DNA from: an uncultured delta proteobacterium | Lineage (GTDB): Bacteria > Desulfobacterota > RBG-13-43-22 | Assembly: GCA_963743305.1 (NCBI GenBank) | Contig: CAVUPH010000033.1 | Location: 1 to 64,000 of the forward strand | Direction of reading: 5' to 3' | DNA length: 64,000 nucleotides | In this document: one piece after another, positions 42,548-52,697 of the stretch | Layout: each line of letters begins with the position of its first letter | Numbering within the stretch: the first letter of the stretch is position 1 | Translations under genes and position numbers: made by a program | The notes under the pieces: generated by a model | Told to the model about the DNA's origin: nothing | Seen by the model: only the letters and a program-made list of their open reading frames with translations | Databases searched by the model: none

Positions 42548-43504
42548 GTGACGGGTTATTTAGGTATTGATGTGGGTTCCATCAGCACCAATCTGGTGGT
42601 GCTAGGCGACTCCGGAGAAGTGGTGGCCAAGAACTATCTCAGGACCCGGGGGCAGCCTATTCAGGCGGTCCAGCAGGGGCTCAGGGATATTCAAAAAGCC
42701 TTGCCGCCTGGTTTGACCATCGGCCGCGTCGGAACCACCGGCAGCGGCCGTTTTATCACCGGTATCCTGGCCGGGGCGGATGTAATAAAAAATGAAATCA
42801 CCGCCCACGCCTTAGCCGCGATCCATACGGATCCCCAAGTACAAACCGTGCTGGAAATCGGGGGCCAGGATTCGAAGGGAATCATTATCCGCAATGGGAC
42901 GGTGGTGGATTTTGATATGAATACCGTCTGTGCCGCCGGAACCGGATCTTTTTTGGATCAACAGGCCTCCCGCCTGGGGATCCCGATCGAGGAATTCGGC
43001 CCTTTAGCCCTGCAATCCAAAAGACCCACCAAAATCGCCGGCCGGTGCACGGTCTTCGCCGAGTCGGACATGATCCATAAACAACAAATGGGACATACCC
43101 GGGAGGATATTGTGGCCGGCCTTTGTCAGGCCTTGGTCCGCAATTATCTGAATAATCTGTTTAAAGGCAAAGAGATCCGAGAACCCATTCTCTTCCAAGG
43201 CGGGGTGGCCGCCAATCAGGGTATGGCCCGGGCTTTCGAACAGTCCTTGGGTTGCCCCGTCATTGTGCCGCCTCATTATGAAGTCATGGGGGCAATCGGC
43301 ATAGCCCTCCTGGCCAGGGAATCTCGACCAGAACAGGCGGGCACGCGTTTTAAAGGCTTTGATCTGACTCAAGTCCACTACCATTTTAATAGCTTCGAGT
43401 GCACCGGTTGTTCCAATGGTTGTGAGGTCTTCTCGTTTGAGACCGATGAAGATCGGCCCATTTATTGGGGGGACCGTTGTGGCCGCTGGGAAAACATGCC
43501 TTAG
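42548..43504 (+). CDS. 2-hydroxyacyl-CoA dehydratase activator (BadF/BadG/BcrA/BcrD ATPase)
   Basis: GIDVGSIST, TTGSGR, EIGGQDSK, CAAGTGSF, RCTVFAES, C-terminal CTGCSNGC. Confidence 0.92.
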   Translation: MTGYLGIDVGSISTNLVVLGDSGEVVAKNYLRTRGQPIQAVQQGLRDIQKALPPGLTIGRVGTTGSGRFITGILAGADVIKNEITAHALAAIHTDPQVQTVLEIGGQDSKGIIIRNGTVVDFDMNTVCAAGTGSFLDQQASRLGIPIEEFGPLALQSKRPTKIAGRCTVFAESDMIHKQQMGHTREDIVAGLCQALVRNYLNNLFKGKEIREPILFQGGVAANQGMARAFEQSLGCPVIVPPHYEVMGAIGIALLARESRPEQAGTRFKGFDLTQVHYHFNSFECTGCSNGCEVFSFETDEDRPIYWGDRCGRWENMP

Positions 43505-43516
43505 TCGGGGCGTTTA

Positions 43517-43996
43517 ATGGCTATCCAGAAAAAACGAGGAACCATAAACCCGGCGGAACAGGGACGCAGGACCAAAGAGGCTCAACCCTCGGGCAAAAGG
43601 AATGTACCGGATCGATGGCCACCTGATCAAAAGGGGGTCTGCCCGGACCCCGCTCAAGCTCCGAATGATGGAGTGCTACTCGCGGGATTGGAAAAAAAGT
43701 TGAAACGGGCCAACCGGCGTCTGGAATCCTTTCAAACCATCGGGAGACTACAGCGCGCCTTCTTGTCCCTTCAGTCCCATCAAATCCGGGCCCAGTTGCA
43801 TGCCGTCATGGGGTATACCGAATTGGTTTTAAGAAAAACCCAGGGGCAGTTGCCCGCTTCCCAGGCGGAAAATTTGAAGAAATTGTTGCTGAGCGTCGAA
43901 GGCTTAAAAGCCGCCATTGAGGGTTTGGAGGGATTTCCATTGTTGGATCCTAAAAAGTCCCCGACGACAGTAATGAGAAATCCGAATTCGAAATAA
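43517..43996 (+). CDS. Stand-alone HisKA/DHp-like protein
   Basis: Coiled coil followed by FLSLQSHQIRAQLHAVMGYTELV; no HATPase domain. Confidence 0.6.
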   Translation: MAIQKKRGTINPAEQGRRTKEAQPSGKRNVPDRWPPDQKGVCPDPAQAPNDGVLLAGLEKKLKRANRRLESFQTIGRLQRAFLSLQSHQIRAQLHAVMGYTELVLRKTQGQLPASQAENLKKLLLSVEGLKAAIEGLEGFPLLDPKKSPTTVMRNPNSK

Positions 43997-44029
43997 AATT
44001 GGTAAGGAACTAACCTTCGGGAGGTGCTG

Positions 44030-45442
44030 ATGGCCGACAGTACACGCTACCGCATTTTATTGGTCGAAGACCAACCCTTGGAGGCCGATTTTATCCGGCA
44101 AGAACTTTCGGATCAAGGCTATGCCGTCACCTGGGTGCAAGACGGCTTGGAGGCGCTCAGGGTGATTCGGGACACCATTCCGGATTTGGTTTTAATGGAC
44201 ATCCGGCTCCCGAAACTGGATGGGCTCGCCGTGGTCAAGCAAGTGAAATCCGATCCCCAGACTCAGTTCATCCCGGTAATCATGGTCACCGCTTTAACCG
44301 AATTGGAAGAGCGGGTCAGGGGCCTGGATGCGGGGGCGGATGATTATATCACCAAGCCCTTTCAATCCTTTGAACTTTTGGCCCGGATTCGGTCCACCCT
44401 GCGCATCCGTCGCATGTACGAGGACCTGGCCTCCACTCAGGATAAATTGAAAAGAACCCGGGAAGAAAACCGACAGTTGCGCCGGGAGATTCAGGGCAAA
44501 TACTCTTTTAATCAAATCTTGGGACAAAGTGCGGCCATGCGCCAGGTTTTCCATTTGATGGAGAAAGCCGTCGAAAGCCCCATTACGGTGGTCATCCTCG
44601 GGGAAACCGGTACCGGCAAAGAATTGGTCGCCCGCTCGATTCATTATAACAGCCCTCGGAAAGACCGAGCCTTTGTGGTTCAAAATTGCGGGGCCTTGCC
44701 GGAAAGCCTTTTGGAGAGCGAGTTGTTCGGCCATAAGAAAGGGGCCTTTACCGGGGCAGTGGCCGACAAAAAAGGCCTTTTTGAGATGGCCCATGGGGGT
44801 ACTATTTTTTTAGATGAAGTGGGGGATACCCCTCCGGCTTTGCAGGTGCGATTATTGCGGGTGTTGCAGGAAGGTGAAATCCGTCGCCTTGGCGAAGTAA
44901 AGCCCCTGACAGTGGATGTCCGGGTTATCGCCGCCACCCATAAAGACCTGAAAGAGGAAATTAAGGCGGGGAAGTTTCGGGAAGATCTTTTTTATAGGAT
45001 CTACGCCTTTCCCATTCCGCTTCCTCCCCTTTCCGAGCGGACCGGGGATATCCCGGTGCTGGCCGACCATTTCCTCAAGAAATACAATCAGCGTTTGGGG
45101 AAAAACTGTCGGCTCAGTTCAGACTGTTTAAATCTATTGGAAAAATATCCCTTTCCGGGAAATGTTCGGGAGTTGGAAAATGAAGTGGTGCGGGCCCTGA
45201 CCCTGGCGACCGAGGAAGAGGAACTCCGGCCCAGACACTTCTCCGATAGTATTCGGGAGACGGGTTGGGGGTACTCCCCGGTCAAGGAGGGTTCAATTCA
45301 GGATCAAACCAGCCATCTGGAGAAGGCCATGATTGAGGAAGCCTTGAAGGCCTGCCGGGGTAACCGCAGCAAGACCGCCTTGAAGCTGGGTTTGAGCCGT
45401 CGGGGATTATTGAACAAGATTAAGCGGTACGGTCTGGACTGA
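44030..45442 (+). CDS. Sigma54-dependent response regulator (REC-AAA-Fis HTH)
   Basis: LVED, LMDIRLP, GETGTGKE, GAFTGA, FREDLFYR, GNRSKTALKLG. Confidence 0.95.
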   Translation: MADSTRYRILLVEDQPLEADFIRQELSDQGYAVTWVQDGLEALRVIRDTIPDLVLMDIRLPKLDGLAVVKQVKSDPQTQFIPVIMVTALTELEERVRGLDAGADDYITKPFQSFELLARIRSTLRIRRMYEDLASTQDKLKRTREENRQLRREIQGKYSFNQILGQSAAMRQVFHLMEKAVESPITVVILGETGTGKELVARSIHYNSPRKDRAFVVQNCGALPESLLESELFGHKKGAFTGAVADKKGLFEMAHGGTIFLDEVGDTPPALQVRLLRVLQEGEIRRLGEVKPLTVDVRVIAATHKDLKEEIKAGKFREDLFYRIYAFPIPLPPLSERTGDIPVLADHFLKKYNQRLGKNCRLSSDCLNLLEKYPFPGNVRELENEVVRALTLATEEEELRPRHFSDSIRETGWGYSPVKEGSIQDQTSHLEKAMIEEALKACRGNRSKTALKLGLSRRGLLNKIKRYGLD

Positions 45443-45463
45443 AAAGCCGGTGACGAGAATCTC

Positions 45464-46069
45464 ATGAGTAGGAACTCCTCTTGCGCGGGGATCATCTTGG
45501 CCGGCGGTCTGAACAGCCGGATGGCCGGCCGAAACAAGGCCCGCTTGCCCATCGAGGGGCAGACCATCCTGGATCGGCTCGTGCCCCTATTCCGGGCCTT
45601 TTTCGATCCCATCCTGATCGTTACCAACCAGCCCCGGGACTATCTGGATGAAGGAGTAATCCTGGTCACCGACTTGGTCGAAATCCGGAGTTCGTTGACC
45701 GGTATCTACAGCGGCCTGTTTTACTCCCCCCGACCCCATGCCTTCATCGCCGGCTGTGATATGCCTTTTTTGAAACAGGAGCTTCTGGAATTAATTTTGA
45801 AAAATTTAGAGGCCCGATGGGATGTGGTCGTTCCGGTCACTGAGGAGGGGTATCAGCCCCTAGCGGCGATTTATTCCCGACGGTGCTTGGAACCCATTGC
45901 CAGCCAGTTGGCCGAGGGGAAGTTAAAAGTTTCCCATTTTTATTCCCAGGTGAGGATCAAGGAAGTACCCGAATCGAGTTTAAGACAGGTGGATCCGGAA
46001 TTGAAGTCTTTTTTTAACATCAATACCCCGGAAGATATGGATGGTCTGGAACCGTCATTGCAGAAATAA
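45464..46069 (+). CDS. mobA: Molybdenum cofactor guanylyltransferase
   Basis: ILAGGLNSRM, GCDMPF, FFNINTPED. Confidence 0.92.
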   Translation: MSRNSSCAGIILAGGLNSRMAGRNKARLPIEGQTILDRLVPLFRAFFDPILIVTNQPRDYLDEGVILVTDLVEIRSSLTGIYSGLFYSPRPHAFIAGCDMPFLKQELLELILKNLEARWDVVVPVTEEGYQPLAAIYSRRCLEPIASQLAEGKLKVSHFYSQVRIKEVPESSLRQVDPELKSFFNINTPEDMDGLEPSLQK

Positions 46070-46070
46070 A

Positions 46071-46390
46071 GGTTGTTCGCTCTTTGGGGCGGGTGGCCAC
46101 AACCGAGGGAAGATTATCCTGGAATTGGGCCTCCATGGCCGTCGGGTCTCGGCGAAAGGGTTTTCCAAAGGTCCTCCGGACTTCGAATCCGGGCCGAACT
46201 TACTAATTTTATTTAAAGCAGGCCCAAACTCAGAGACTTTTGGTGCCTCCAAGGCTGGCCCTGCCTCCGGGAAGAATTAATAACACGGGGGCCGGGTTAG
46301 AACCTAAAAAGCAATATGGAAAACCCTTTCGCCAAGACCCGACGGCCATACCAGATAGGCGGGGGTACCAACCCCAAAGGGCGAAGCGTC
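46071..46390. mobile_element. Dispersed element copy B (core inverted relative to arms)
   Basis: IRs at 46135-46167 and 46317-46349; arms ordered Y'...X' but core in the same direction as copy A. Confidence 0.8.
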
Positions 46391-46428
46391 AAAATAAAAT
46401 CGACCACCGTTTTTAGTAGGAGTATCGT

Positions 46429-47871
46429 ATGCCTGAATGGGAAGCCGTTATCGGTCTGGAAGTACACGCCCAACTATTGACCGACAGCAAAATATTTTGT
46501 GGCTGCTCCACTCGTTTTGGGGCCGAACCCAACTCCCATACCTGCCCGGTTTGCCTGGGACTGCCCGGTTCGCTGCCGGTTCTGAACAAAAAGGTGGTGG
46601 AGTATACCTTGCGCATGGCCCTGGCCACACAATGCACTATCACCCCGTACAGCCTCTTCGCCCGTAAGAATTATTTTTATCCGGATTTGCCTAAGGGATA
46701 TCAGATTTCCCAGTTTGAAGAGCCGATCGCCTTGGGGGGGAATCTGGAGATAACGGTTCAGGGAATTCCGAAGCGGGTAGGGATCACCCGCATCCATATG
46801 GAAGAGGACGCCGGCAAGTTAATCCATGATGAAAGCCAACCGGTAAGTTACGTGGACTTTAACCGCACCGGGGTGCCGTTGATGGAGATTGTCAGCGAAC
46901 CGGACATGAGGACCCCGGAAGAGGCCGGCGAGTACCTCCGGCGGCTCAGGGAGATCCTCCGATACCTGGGGATTTGCGACGGGAATATGGAAGAAGGCAG
47001 TTTCCGCTGCGATGCCAACAGTTCCCTGCGTCTCAAGGGAGAAACCACCTTGGGAACGAAGGTGGAATTGAAAAACATGAATTCCTTTAAACACGTGGAA
47101 AAGGCCTTGGAATTTGAACTTCGCCGGCAGCGGGCGGTATTGGAAGACGGGGACCTGGTGCTCCAGGAGACTCGACTCTGGGATGCCGCCCGGGGAGTCA
47201 CGCTCCCTATGCGCGGCAAAGAAGAGGCCCATGACTACCGTTATTTTCCGGATCCGGATCTGGTCCCGGTGGAAATCAGCCCGGAATGGATTGATACCGT
47301 CAGGAATAGTCTTCCGGAACTCCCCGGGGCCAAACGCCGTCGTTTTGTCGACGAGTACGGGTTGCCGGAATACGACAGTGAAATTTTGACTTCTTCCAGG
47401 GCCTTGGCCGAATTTTTTGAACAGTGTGTCCGGCTCCACCCCCAGCCCAAGAGCGTCAGCAACTGGATCATGGTAGATTTAATGCGAGAACTCAAGCGAG
47501 AGGAAAAGGAAATCGAATTTTGTCCGATCACCCCCTCTCAATTGGCGACTTTGCTGGACCTGATTCAAGAGGGGCAGATCTCAGGAAAGCAGGCTAAGAC
47601 GGTTTTTGAGGAGATGTTTCAGAACGGCCGGGATCCTCGGGCCATCGTGGAAGGACAGGGAATGGTCCAGATGACCGATCCCGAACAGATCCTTCCGGTC
47701 ATAGAGGAGGTCCTGGAGGTCAGTCCCGGCCAAGTGTCCGAATATCGGGCGGGGAAAAACAAGGTGTTCGGGTACTTCGTGGGCGAGGTCATGAAGCGGA
47801 CCAGGGGGAAGGCCAATCCGAAACTGGTTAACGAACTGCTGAAGAAAAAGCTGGAGGCGGATTATGATTAA
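46429..47871 (+). CDS. gatB: Asp/Glu-tRNA amidotransferase subunit B
   Basis: [37 protein letters not shown]. Confidence 0.98.
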   Translation: MPEWEAVIGLEVHAQLLTDSKIFCGCSTRFGAEPNSHTCPVCLGLPGSLPVLNKKVVEYTLRMALATQCTITPYSLFARKNYFYPDLPKGYQISQFEEPIALGGNLEITVQGIPKRVGITRIHMEEDAGKLIHDESQPVSYVDFNRTGVPLMEIVSEPDMRTPEEAGEYLRRLREILRYLGICDGNMEEGSFRCDANSSLRLKGETTLGTKVELKNMNSFKHVEKALEFELRRQRAVLEDGDLVLQETRLWDAARGVTLPMRGKEEAHDYRYFPDPDLVPVEISPEWIDTVRNSLPELPGAKRRRFVDEYGLPEYDSEILTSSRALAEFFEQCVRLHPQPKSVSNWIMVDLMRELKREEKEIEFCPITPSQLATLLDLIQEGQISGKQAKTVFEEMFQNGRDPRAIVEGQGMVQMTDPEQILPVIEEVLEVSPGQVSEYRAGKNKVFGYFVGEVMKRTRGKANPKLVNELLKKKLEADYD

Positions 47872-48961
47872 AACCATTGACTGGAAAGAAAACCGGGTGG
47901 TCATGATTGATCAGCGCAAGTTGCCCTGGGAAGAAATCTATGTGGTTTGTTCCGAATATCCCCAGGTCATCGAGGCGATTCGGACTATGGTCATCCGGGG
48001 GGCCCCGGCCATAGGGATTGCGGCGGCCATGGGCGCGGCCCTGGGGGCCCAAACCCTAAGCGCGGAAAATCCGGAGCAGTTCAGGAAAGGGTTTCAGAGC
48101 ATTTGCCGCGAAATCGGTGCGGCCCGGCCCACGGCAGTCAATCTGACCTGGGCCTTGGAGCGGATGGCGGCCACGATGGAAGACCGGTTGTCCGGGCGAG
48201 GGATGGCGGTTAAAAACGCGTTGATTCGGGAAGCCCGTCGGATGCTGGCCGAGGACGTGGCCATCAACAAAAAAATGGGACTGATCGGGCAGGAAATGAT
48301 CCGGGACGGAGATACTATTTTGACCCACTGCAATGCCGGGGCACTGGCCACCGGCGGCTACGGTACGGCCTTGGGCGTGATCCGGGCTGCTAAGGCGGCC
48401 GGGAAAAAGGTCCGGGTTTTCGCGGATGAGACCCGTCCCTTTCTCCAGGGGACCCGTCTGACCGCCTGGGAACTGGCCCGAGACCGCATTCCCGTTACCC
48501 TGATCACCGACAATATGGCCGGCTATTTTATGAAGAAAGGGCTGATCGATCGCGTCATTGTGGGGGCGGACCGCATTGCCGCCAACGGAGACGCGGCCAA
48601 TAAGATCGGCACCTATTCGGTGGCGGTCCTGGCCAAGGCCCACCGGATTCCCTTCTACGTGGCCGCCCCTTGTTCCACCATCGATGCCCGGATAAAAACC
48701 GGTGAGGCGATTCCCATTGAAGAACGGGATCCGCGGGAGGTCACCCACTGGCGGGAGCTACGGATTGCCCCGGAAGGCATCAGCGTCCTGAACCCGGCGT
48801 TTGACGTCACCCCGCATTCGTATATTGCCGGGATTATTACCGAGCAAGGCCTCTTAAAGCCGCCCTTCACCCAAAGTATTCGGAAAGCCCTGCGAGGGGA
48901 GGGGAGGCGGGAGATGGAAGATGGAAGAAAGAAGAGGGAAGCAAAAAACGACGCCAGATAA
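47864..48961 (+). CDS. mtnA: S-methyl-5-thioribose-1-phosphate isomerase
   Basis: [41 protein letters not shown]. Confidence 0.96.
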   Translation: MIKTIDWKENRVVMIDQRKLPWEEIYVVCSEYPQVIEAIRTMVIRGAPAIGIAAAMGAALGAQTLSAENPEQFRKGFQSICREIGAARPTAVNLTWALERMAATMEDRLSGRGMAVKNALIREARRMLAEDVAINKKMGLIGQEMIRDGDTILTHCNAGALATGGYGTALGVIRAAKAAGKKVRVFADETRPFLQGTRLTAWELARDRIPVTLITDNMAGYFMKKGLIDRVIVGADRIAANGDAANKIGTYSVAVLAKAHRIPFYVAAPCSTIDARIKTGEAIPIEERDPREVTHWRELRIAPEGISVLNPAFDVTPHSYIAGIITEQGLLKPPFTQSIRKALRGEGRREMEDGRKKREAKNDAR

Positions 48962-49031
48962 AGGAATGGCTGTACTATTCTTTCAAGTTCAAGATGAAGC
49001 CGGCGATTGGCAACCGGGAATCAGATGAACA

Positions 49032-49829
49032 TCACTTTTTTGCCGGTACGATTCTAACCTCCATCATCTTCTCCTCTTTGTACCTCACCAACTCGGCGGC
49101 GCTGCCCAGGTTGCAGGCTATCTCGAGGTACCCGCTGCTGCCGAAAAGGGCCAGAAGGCGGCCCGGTTTTTCCTGGGTGTAGTTTTCCCTGATTCCCCGG
49201 ACGATCCGGCGGCCGATCCGAACGGTCAAATCTCTTTGATCGGAATAACGATTTGTTGCCTCCCGGCTCAGGTTGGTGATGAGGTTGCCGAAGCCGTCGG
49301 CATAGAGTACCTGGCCGATGAGCAAGTTGCTTTTGAACACCGGTTCGGGCAGGTCCAGGAGGACAGGATCGGAAATCGGCTTTCCAAAAGCAGTTATCGG
49401 AAGGCCCCGGCTCAGGTGGGCGGCGGCCGGGGCGAAGATATCCCGCCCGTGAAAAGTTTGGGAAACCGGAGTTAGAAAGTATCTTGGAGTGGTCAGGTGA
49501 AAGATACAAAAATCCGGGAAGGCCCGCAGAATTTGAGTGAATAGGCCGTTGTCGGGGCCGATCCAGTAGTGGTCTCTGGTTTTGACCGCGATCGGCCGGC
49601 GGGCGCCACCCACGCCGGGGTCGACTACGGCCAAGTGAATGGTTCCTTTGGGGAAGTAGCCGGCGATGGCCGCCAGCTTGAAAGCCGCTTCCGGGAGCCG
49701 GTGGTGTGAAAGCCCGTGGGTGATATCCACCAGCGTGGCCGAGGGGTTGATTCCCAGAATAACACCCTTCATGATCCCCACATAGGGGTCGTCCCAGCCG
49801 AAGTCTGTGCTAATGGTGATTATCGGCAT
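49032..49829 (-). CDS. SAM hydrolase (DUF62, SAM-dependent halogenase family)
   Basis: TDFG, VVDPGVG..RR, GPDNG, TFHGRDIFAP, DGFGNLITN. Confidence 0.92.
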   Translation of the reverse strand: MPIITISTDFGWDDPYVGIMKGVILGINPSATLVDITHGLSHHRLPEAAFKLAAIAGYFPKGTIHLAVVDPGVGGARRPIAVKTRDHYWIGPDNGLFTQILRAFPDFCIFHLTTPRYFLTPVSQTFHGRDIFAPAAAHLSRGLPITAFGKPISDPVLLDLPEPVFKSNLLIGQVLYADGFGNLITNLSREATNRYSDQRDLTVRIGRRIVRGIRENYTQEKPGRLLALFGSSGYLEIACNLGSAAELVRYKEEKMMEVRIVPAKK

Positions 49830-49904
49830 TTTTTGACCTTTCGAGAGTCGATTTCTTCCTTATGGTTTCGGGCGCGGCCTGAAACCGTCTTTCGCGGTTT
49901 TAAA

Positions 49905-49933
49905 TTGACAAATTATCCATAATGGAGTATAAA
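49905..49933 (+). promoter_or_regulatory. Putative sigma70 promoter (near-leaderless) of the TA operon
   Basis: TTGACA-17nt-TATAAA 6 nt before ATG 49940. Confidence 0.55.
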
Positions 49934-49939
49934 GGTAGT

Positions 49940-50173
49940 ATGAAAGTCAAGACTTCTGTCACCCTTTCCAGGGAGCTTCTGGAGATCATCGATGCCCGGG
50001 CCAGGCAATCCAAAAAGAACCGGTCTGATTTTGTTGAAACCGCGGTTCGGCTGTTTATCCGGCAATTGGTGCGGGAAGAGCAGAACGCCAGAGACCTGGA
50101 GATTATAAACCGCCGCGCTGATCATCTCAATCGGGAGGCGGCCGACATTCTGACCTACCAGACCCCGCTATGA
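49940..50173 (+). CDS. Ribbon-helix-helix (CopG) antitoxin
   Basis: [15 protein letters not shown]...[10 protein letters not shown]; overlaps the toxin ATG. Confidence 0.85.
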   Translation: MKVKTSVTLSRELLEIIDARARQSKKNRSDFVETAVRLFIRQLVREEQNARDLEIINRRADHLNREAADILTYQTPL

Positions 50174-50496
50174 AGCGGGGCGAATTGTACCGGGTGGCCA
50201 ATCCCACAGCCAAGGACCCAAAGAAATTCCGGGTCTTTGTAGTGGTCAGTCGCCAGGTGTTGATCGACTCCCGGTTTTCAACAGTCATTTGCGCACCGAT
50301 CTATACGGCCTACGACGGCCTGGCCAGTCAGGTCCCCGTGGGACCGGAAGAGGGCCTCAAGCACGAAAGCAGCATCCACTGTGACGAACTGGTTAGCCTC
50401 TTCAAGTCGGTTTTAACCAATTTTATCGGGACGTTGGCCACGGGCCAAATGGAACAACTGGACCGGGCCCTGCGGATCGCCATGGATCTTCCCTGA
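50170..50496 (+). CDS. mazF: PemK/MazF family toxin
   Basis: MKRGELYRV...RVFVVVSRQ...VICAPI...[13 protein letters not shown]...[11 protein letters not shown]. Confidence 0.9.
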   Translation: MKRGELYRVANPTAKDPKKFRVFVVVSRQVLIDSRFSTVICAPIYTAYDGLASQVPVGPEEGLKHESSIHCDELVSLFKSVLTNFIGTLATGQMEQLDRALRIAMDLP

Positions 50497-50589
50497 TTTC
50501 CATTTTGAACCGATCAGGTCGGCGTGATGGTGTCTCCTCAGGTTTCGCTCTTCCGGGCCGCATTCGATAAAGCCTGATTCCCACCGGTT

Positions 50590-51063
50590 TTCTGATTATC
50601 GTCATCGAAGGATTGAATTGTAGCCGGTTTTATGAGCCTCTCCCGGGATGACCGGACCGCCGCGGCGGTGCTGCCGGCCCTGATCGGGCTGCTGCCCATG
50701 CCCGGGGGGGCACTGTTTTCCGTCCCCATGGTGGAAACGGCCTTGTGCCGCAACCCGATGACCGGGGAACAGCGGACAGCGGTCAACTGCTGGTTCCGGC
50801 ACATCTGGGAATACTGGTGGCCCCTCTACCCGGCGGTGGCCCTGCTGCGGGTGGAACCCTGGCTGTTTATGGCCTTCTTGGCCCCCATGACCGTTGTCAC
50901 GGTCCTGGCCGGCGTACTGTTTATATTGAAACCCCTGGGGTCCGGGACCGTTCGCCAGCAGGCGAGATTTTCCTGGACGGGGCTGAAAGGATTTTTATGG
51001 GAGATTATGCCGATCCTGATCGTGGTCCTGGTCTTTGATCATCCCCCTCGTCGATTTTTTTGA
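50590..51063 (+). pseudogene. DUF401-family membrane protein fragment
   Basis: LPALIGLLPMPGGALFSVPMV, NCWFRHIWEYWWPLYP; lacks N- and C-terminal parts. Confidence 0.7.
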
Positions 51064-51120
51064 TCCATCTCTTCGGCGACTTATGGTCACCGGAAATCGT
51101 TGGTCGACTGGCCAACCATC

Positions 51121-51432
51121 TGGGGGATGGCTACAATATGTGGTAGCTTAGGCTGAATTCGGGCCTCCGTGGCCGCCGGGTCTCGGCGAAAGGGTTTTCC
51201 ACCTTGCTTTTTAGGTTCTAACCCGGCCCCTAGGTTTTCAAATCTTCCAGGAGGCAGGGCCGGCCTGGGTGGCGCCAAGAAACCCGGGGTTCGGGCCTGC
51301 TTTAAATAAAATTAAACACTTAGGCCAGGATTCGAAGTCCGGAGTACCTTTGGAACCTTTGGCAAGGCCTTTCGCCGAGACCCGGCGGCCATACCAGATC
51401 TGGGGGGTACCCAACCAAAAGGGCGAAGCGTC
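51121..51432. mobile_element. Dispersed element copy C (reverse complement of the copy A arrangement; Y end truncated)
   Basis: IRs at 51170-51193 and 51368-51391; core reversed; X' arm ends gggcgaagcgtc. Confidence 0.8.
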
Positions 51433-51803
51433 AAATAAATTGCCGCCTACCGAGAGTTTAGACGGTTCCCGATTGGCGTTCGATTAATTGACCAGCGGGA
51501 AATCGGGGTCGGATCCCAATTCCCCAGGCAATTACCTCAGAATAAGCGGCAGGACTCACTGTGCCCAGAGCGTTGCCAATAGCATCAAGCGCATAGAATT
51601 TTTGACCATCAAAAGCCAGCCCGCCTTCAAAGGGCAGGTATCCCTGATTGGGGGGGTCCTTCAACAATTTCCGTTTGAAATTTTCTCAAAAGGGCGATCC
51701 GTCAAAAACAAGACTTCAGGAAGCTATACGTACTAAAATCTGAATTTCTTATTGAAGTTAATAGGTTACATGTTTCCTAAAATCTCATAGTTTGGTTCTT
51801 TCG

Positions 51804-52697
51804 TCAAGCATTATTTGGGTGGCCAGCCGTTTGTTGCCTAATCACCTCCATGGCTTTGAAGTAGTCTCTCTGAACCTTAAGGTTTGAAATCCGGCAGTAC
51901 CGTTGTGTGGTTTTCACATGGCTATGACCCAGGAGATCTTGAATGGTGGAAAGATCGGCATCGGCATTGAGCAGTTGGGTGGCCATGGTATGGCGAAGAT
52001 GATGACAGGACACCTTGAGCTTGGCTTGGCGAGCATAAGTTTCCATGCGCCGCTGAATGCCGCGGATGGAGATGGGCTGCCCCTGACAAGGTTTCTTTTC
52101 CGCCAGAAAGATCTTTCTGGCCTTGGATGGCGGCCTCACCGTCAGATAGGCGGCCAGGGCCTGAAGGGCATCATGGCTCATATAGACGACCCGATCTTTT
52201 CCACCCTTACCGTCTTCCACCAGGATAGTCCTGCGTTTGACGTCTATGACCCCGATCGTTAGCTGGGCGACTTCTTCCACCCGTAGCCCGCAACGGAGCA
52301 TGAGCATGAACATGGCCCGGTCACGGACGCCCTTGATGGCCTTAAAAAAGGTCTCCACCTGATCATCTCTCAGGTGTCGGGGAAGGGGCTGGGACATCTT
52401 CTGGAGATGAGTCTTCTTGATGGGGTTGGTGATAATCACCCCTTCCTCATCCCGCAGGTAATGGTAGAACTGGCGAATACCGTTCAAGTGGCAGTTGACC
52501 GTCTTGGGCGCCAGCCTCTTCCTCATGAGATGCTCGATGTAGCGCGACACGGTTACGTGGGTTACGGCCTCCACCGGCACATCCAGCCAGATGATAAAGT
52601 GTTTAATGAGGTTCAGATAGTTCTTCACGGCATGGGGCGAACAGTTCCGCCGCTTTAAAAATCTCTGCCAGTTCAGGATCGCATCGGTCATCGCCAT
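51804..52697 (-). CDS. Tyrosine recombinase/integrase (XerC/D-like) 2
   Basis: CGLRVEE, GKGGKDR, HHLRH, LLGH, TTQRY. Confidence 0.95.
   Translation of the reverse strand: MAMTDAILNWQRFLKRRNCSPHAVKNYLNLIKHFIIWLDVPVEAVTHVTVSRYIEHLMRKRLAPKTVNCHLNGIRQFYHYLRDEEGVIITNPIKKTHLQKMSQPLPRHLRDDQVETFFKAIKGVRDRAMFMLMLRCGLRVEEVAQLTIGVIDVKRRTILVEDGKGGKDRVVYMSHDALQALAAYLTVRPPSKARKIFLAEKKPCQGQPISIRGIQRRMETYARQAKLKVSCHHLRHTMATQLLNADADLSTIQDLLGHSHVKTTQRYCRISNLKVQRDYFKAMEVIRQQTAGHPNNA

Noticed and set aside
49032-49829. Possible SAM-dependent fluorinase/chlorinase
   Set aside because: It retains the Asp-Arg-His hydrolase residues (VVDPGVG..RR, TFHGRD), whereas halogenases have TFY; no halometabolite cluster is nearby.
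51458-51724. Possible gene interrupted by the recombinase element, including a TGT-TGA (Cys-Sec?) reading on the minus strand of the reconstructed empty site
   Set aside because: No recognisable family, further stops follow soon after, and there is no convincing SECIS.
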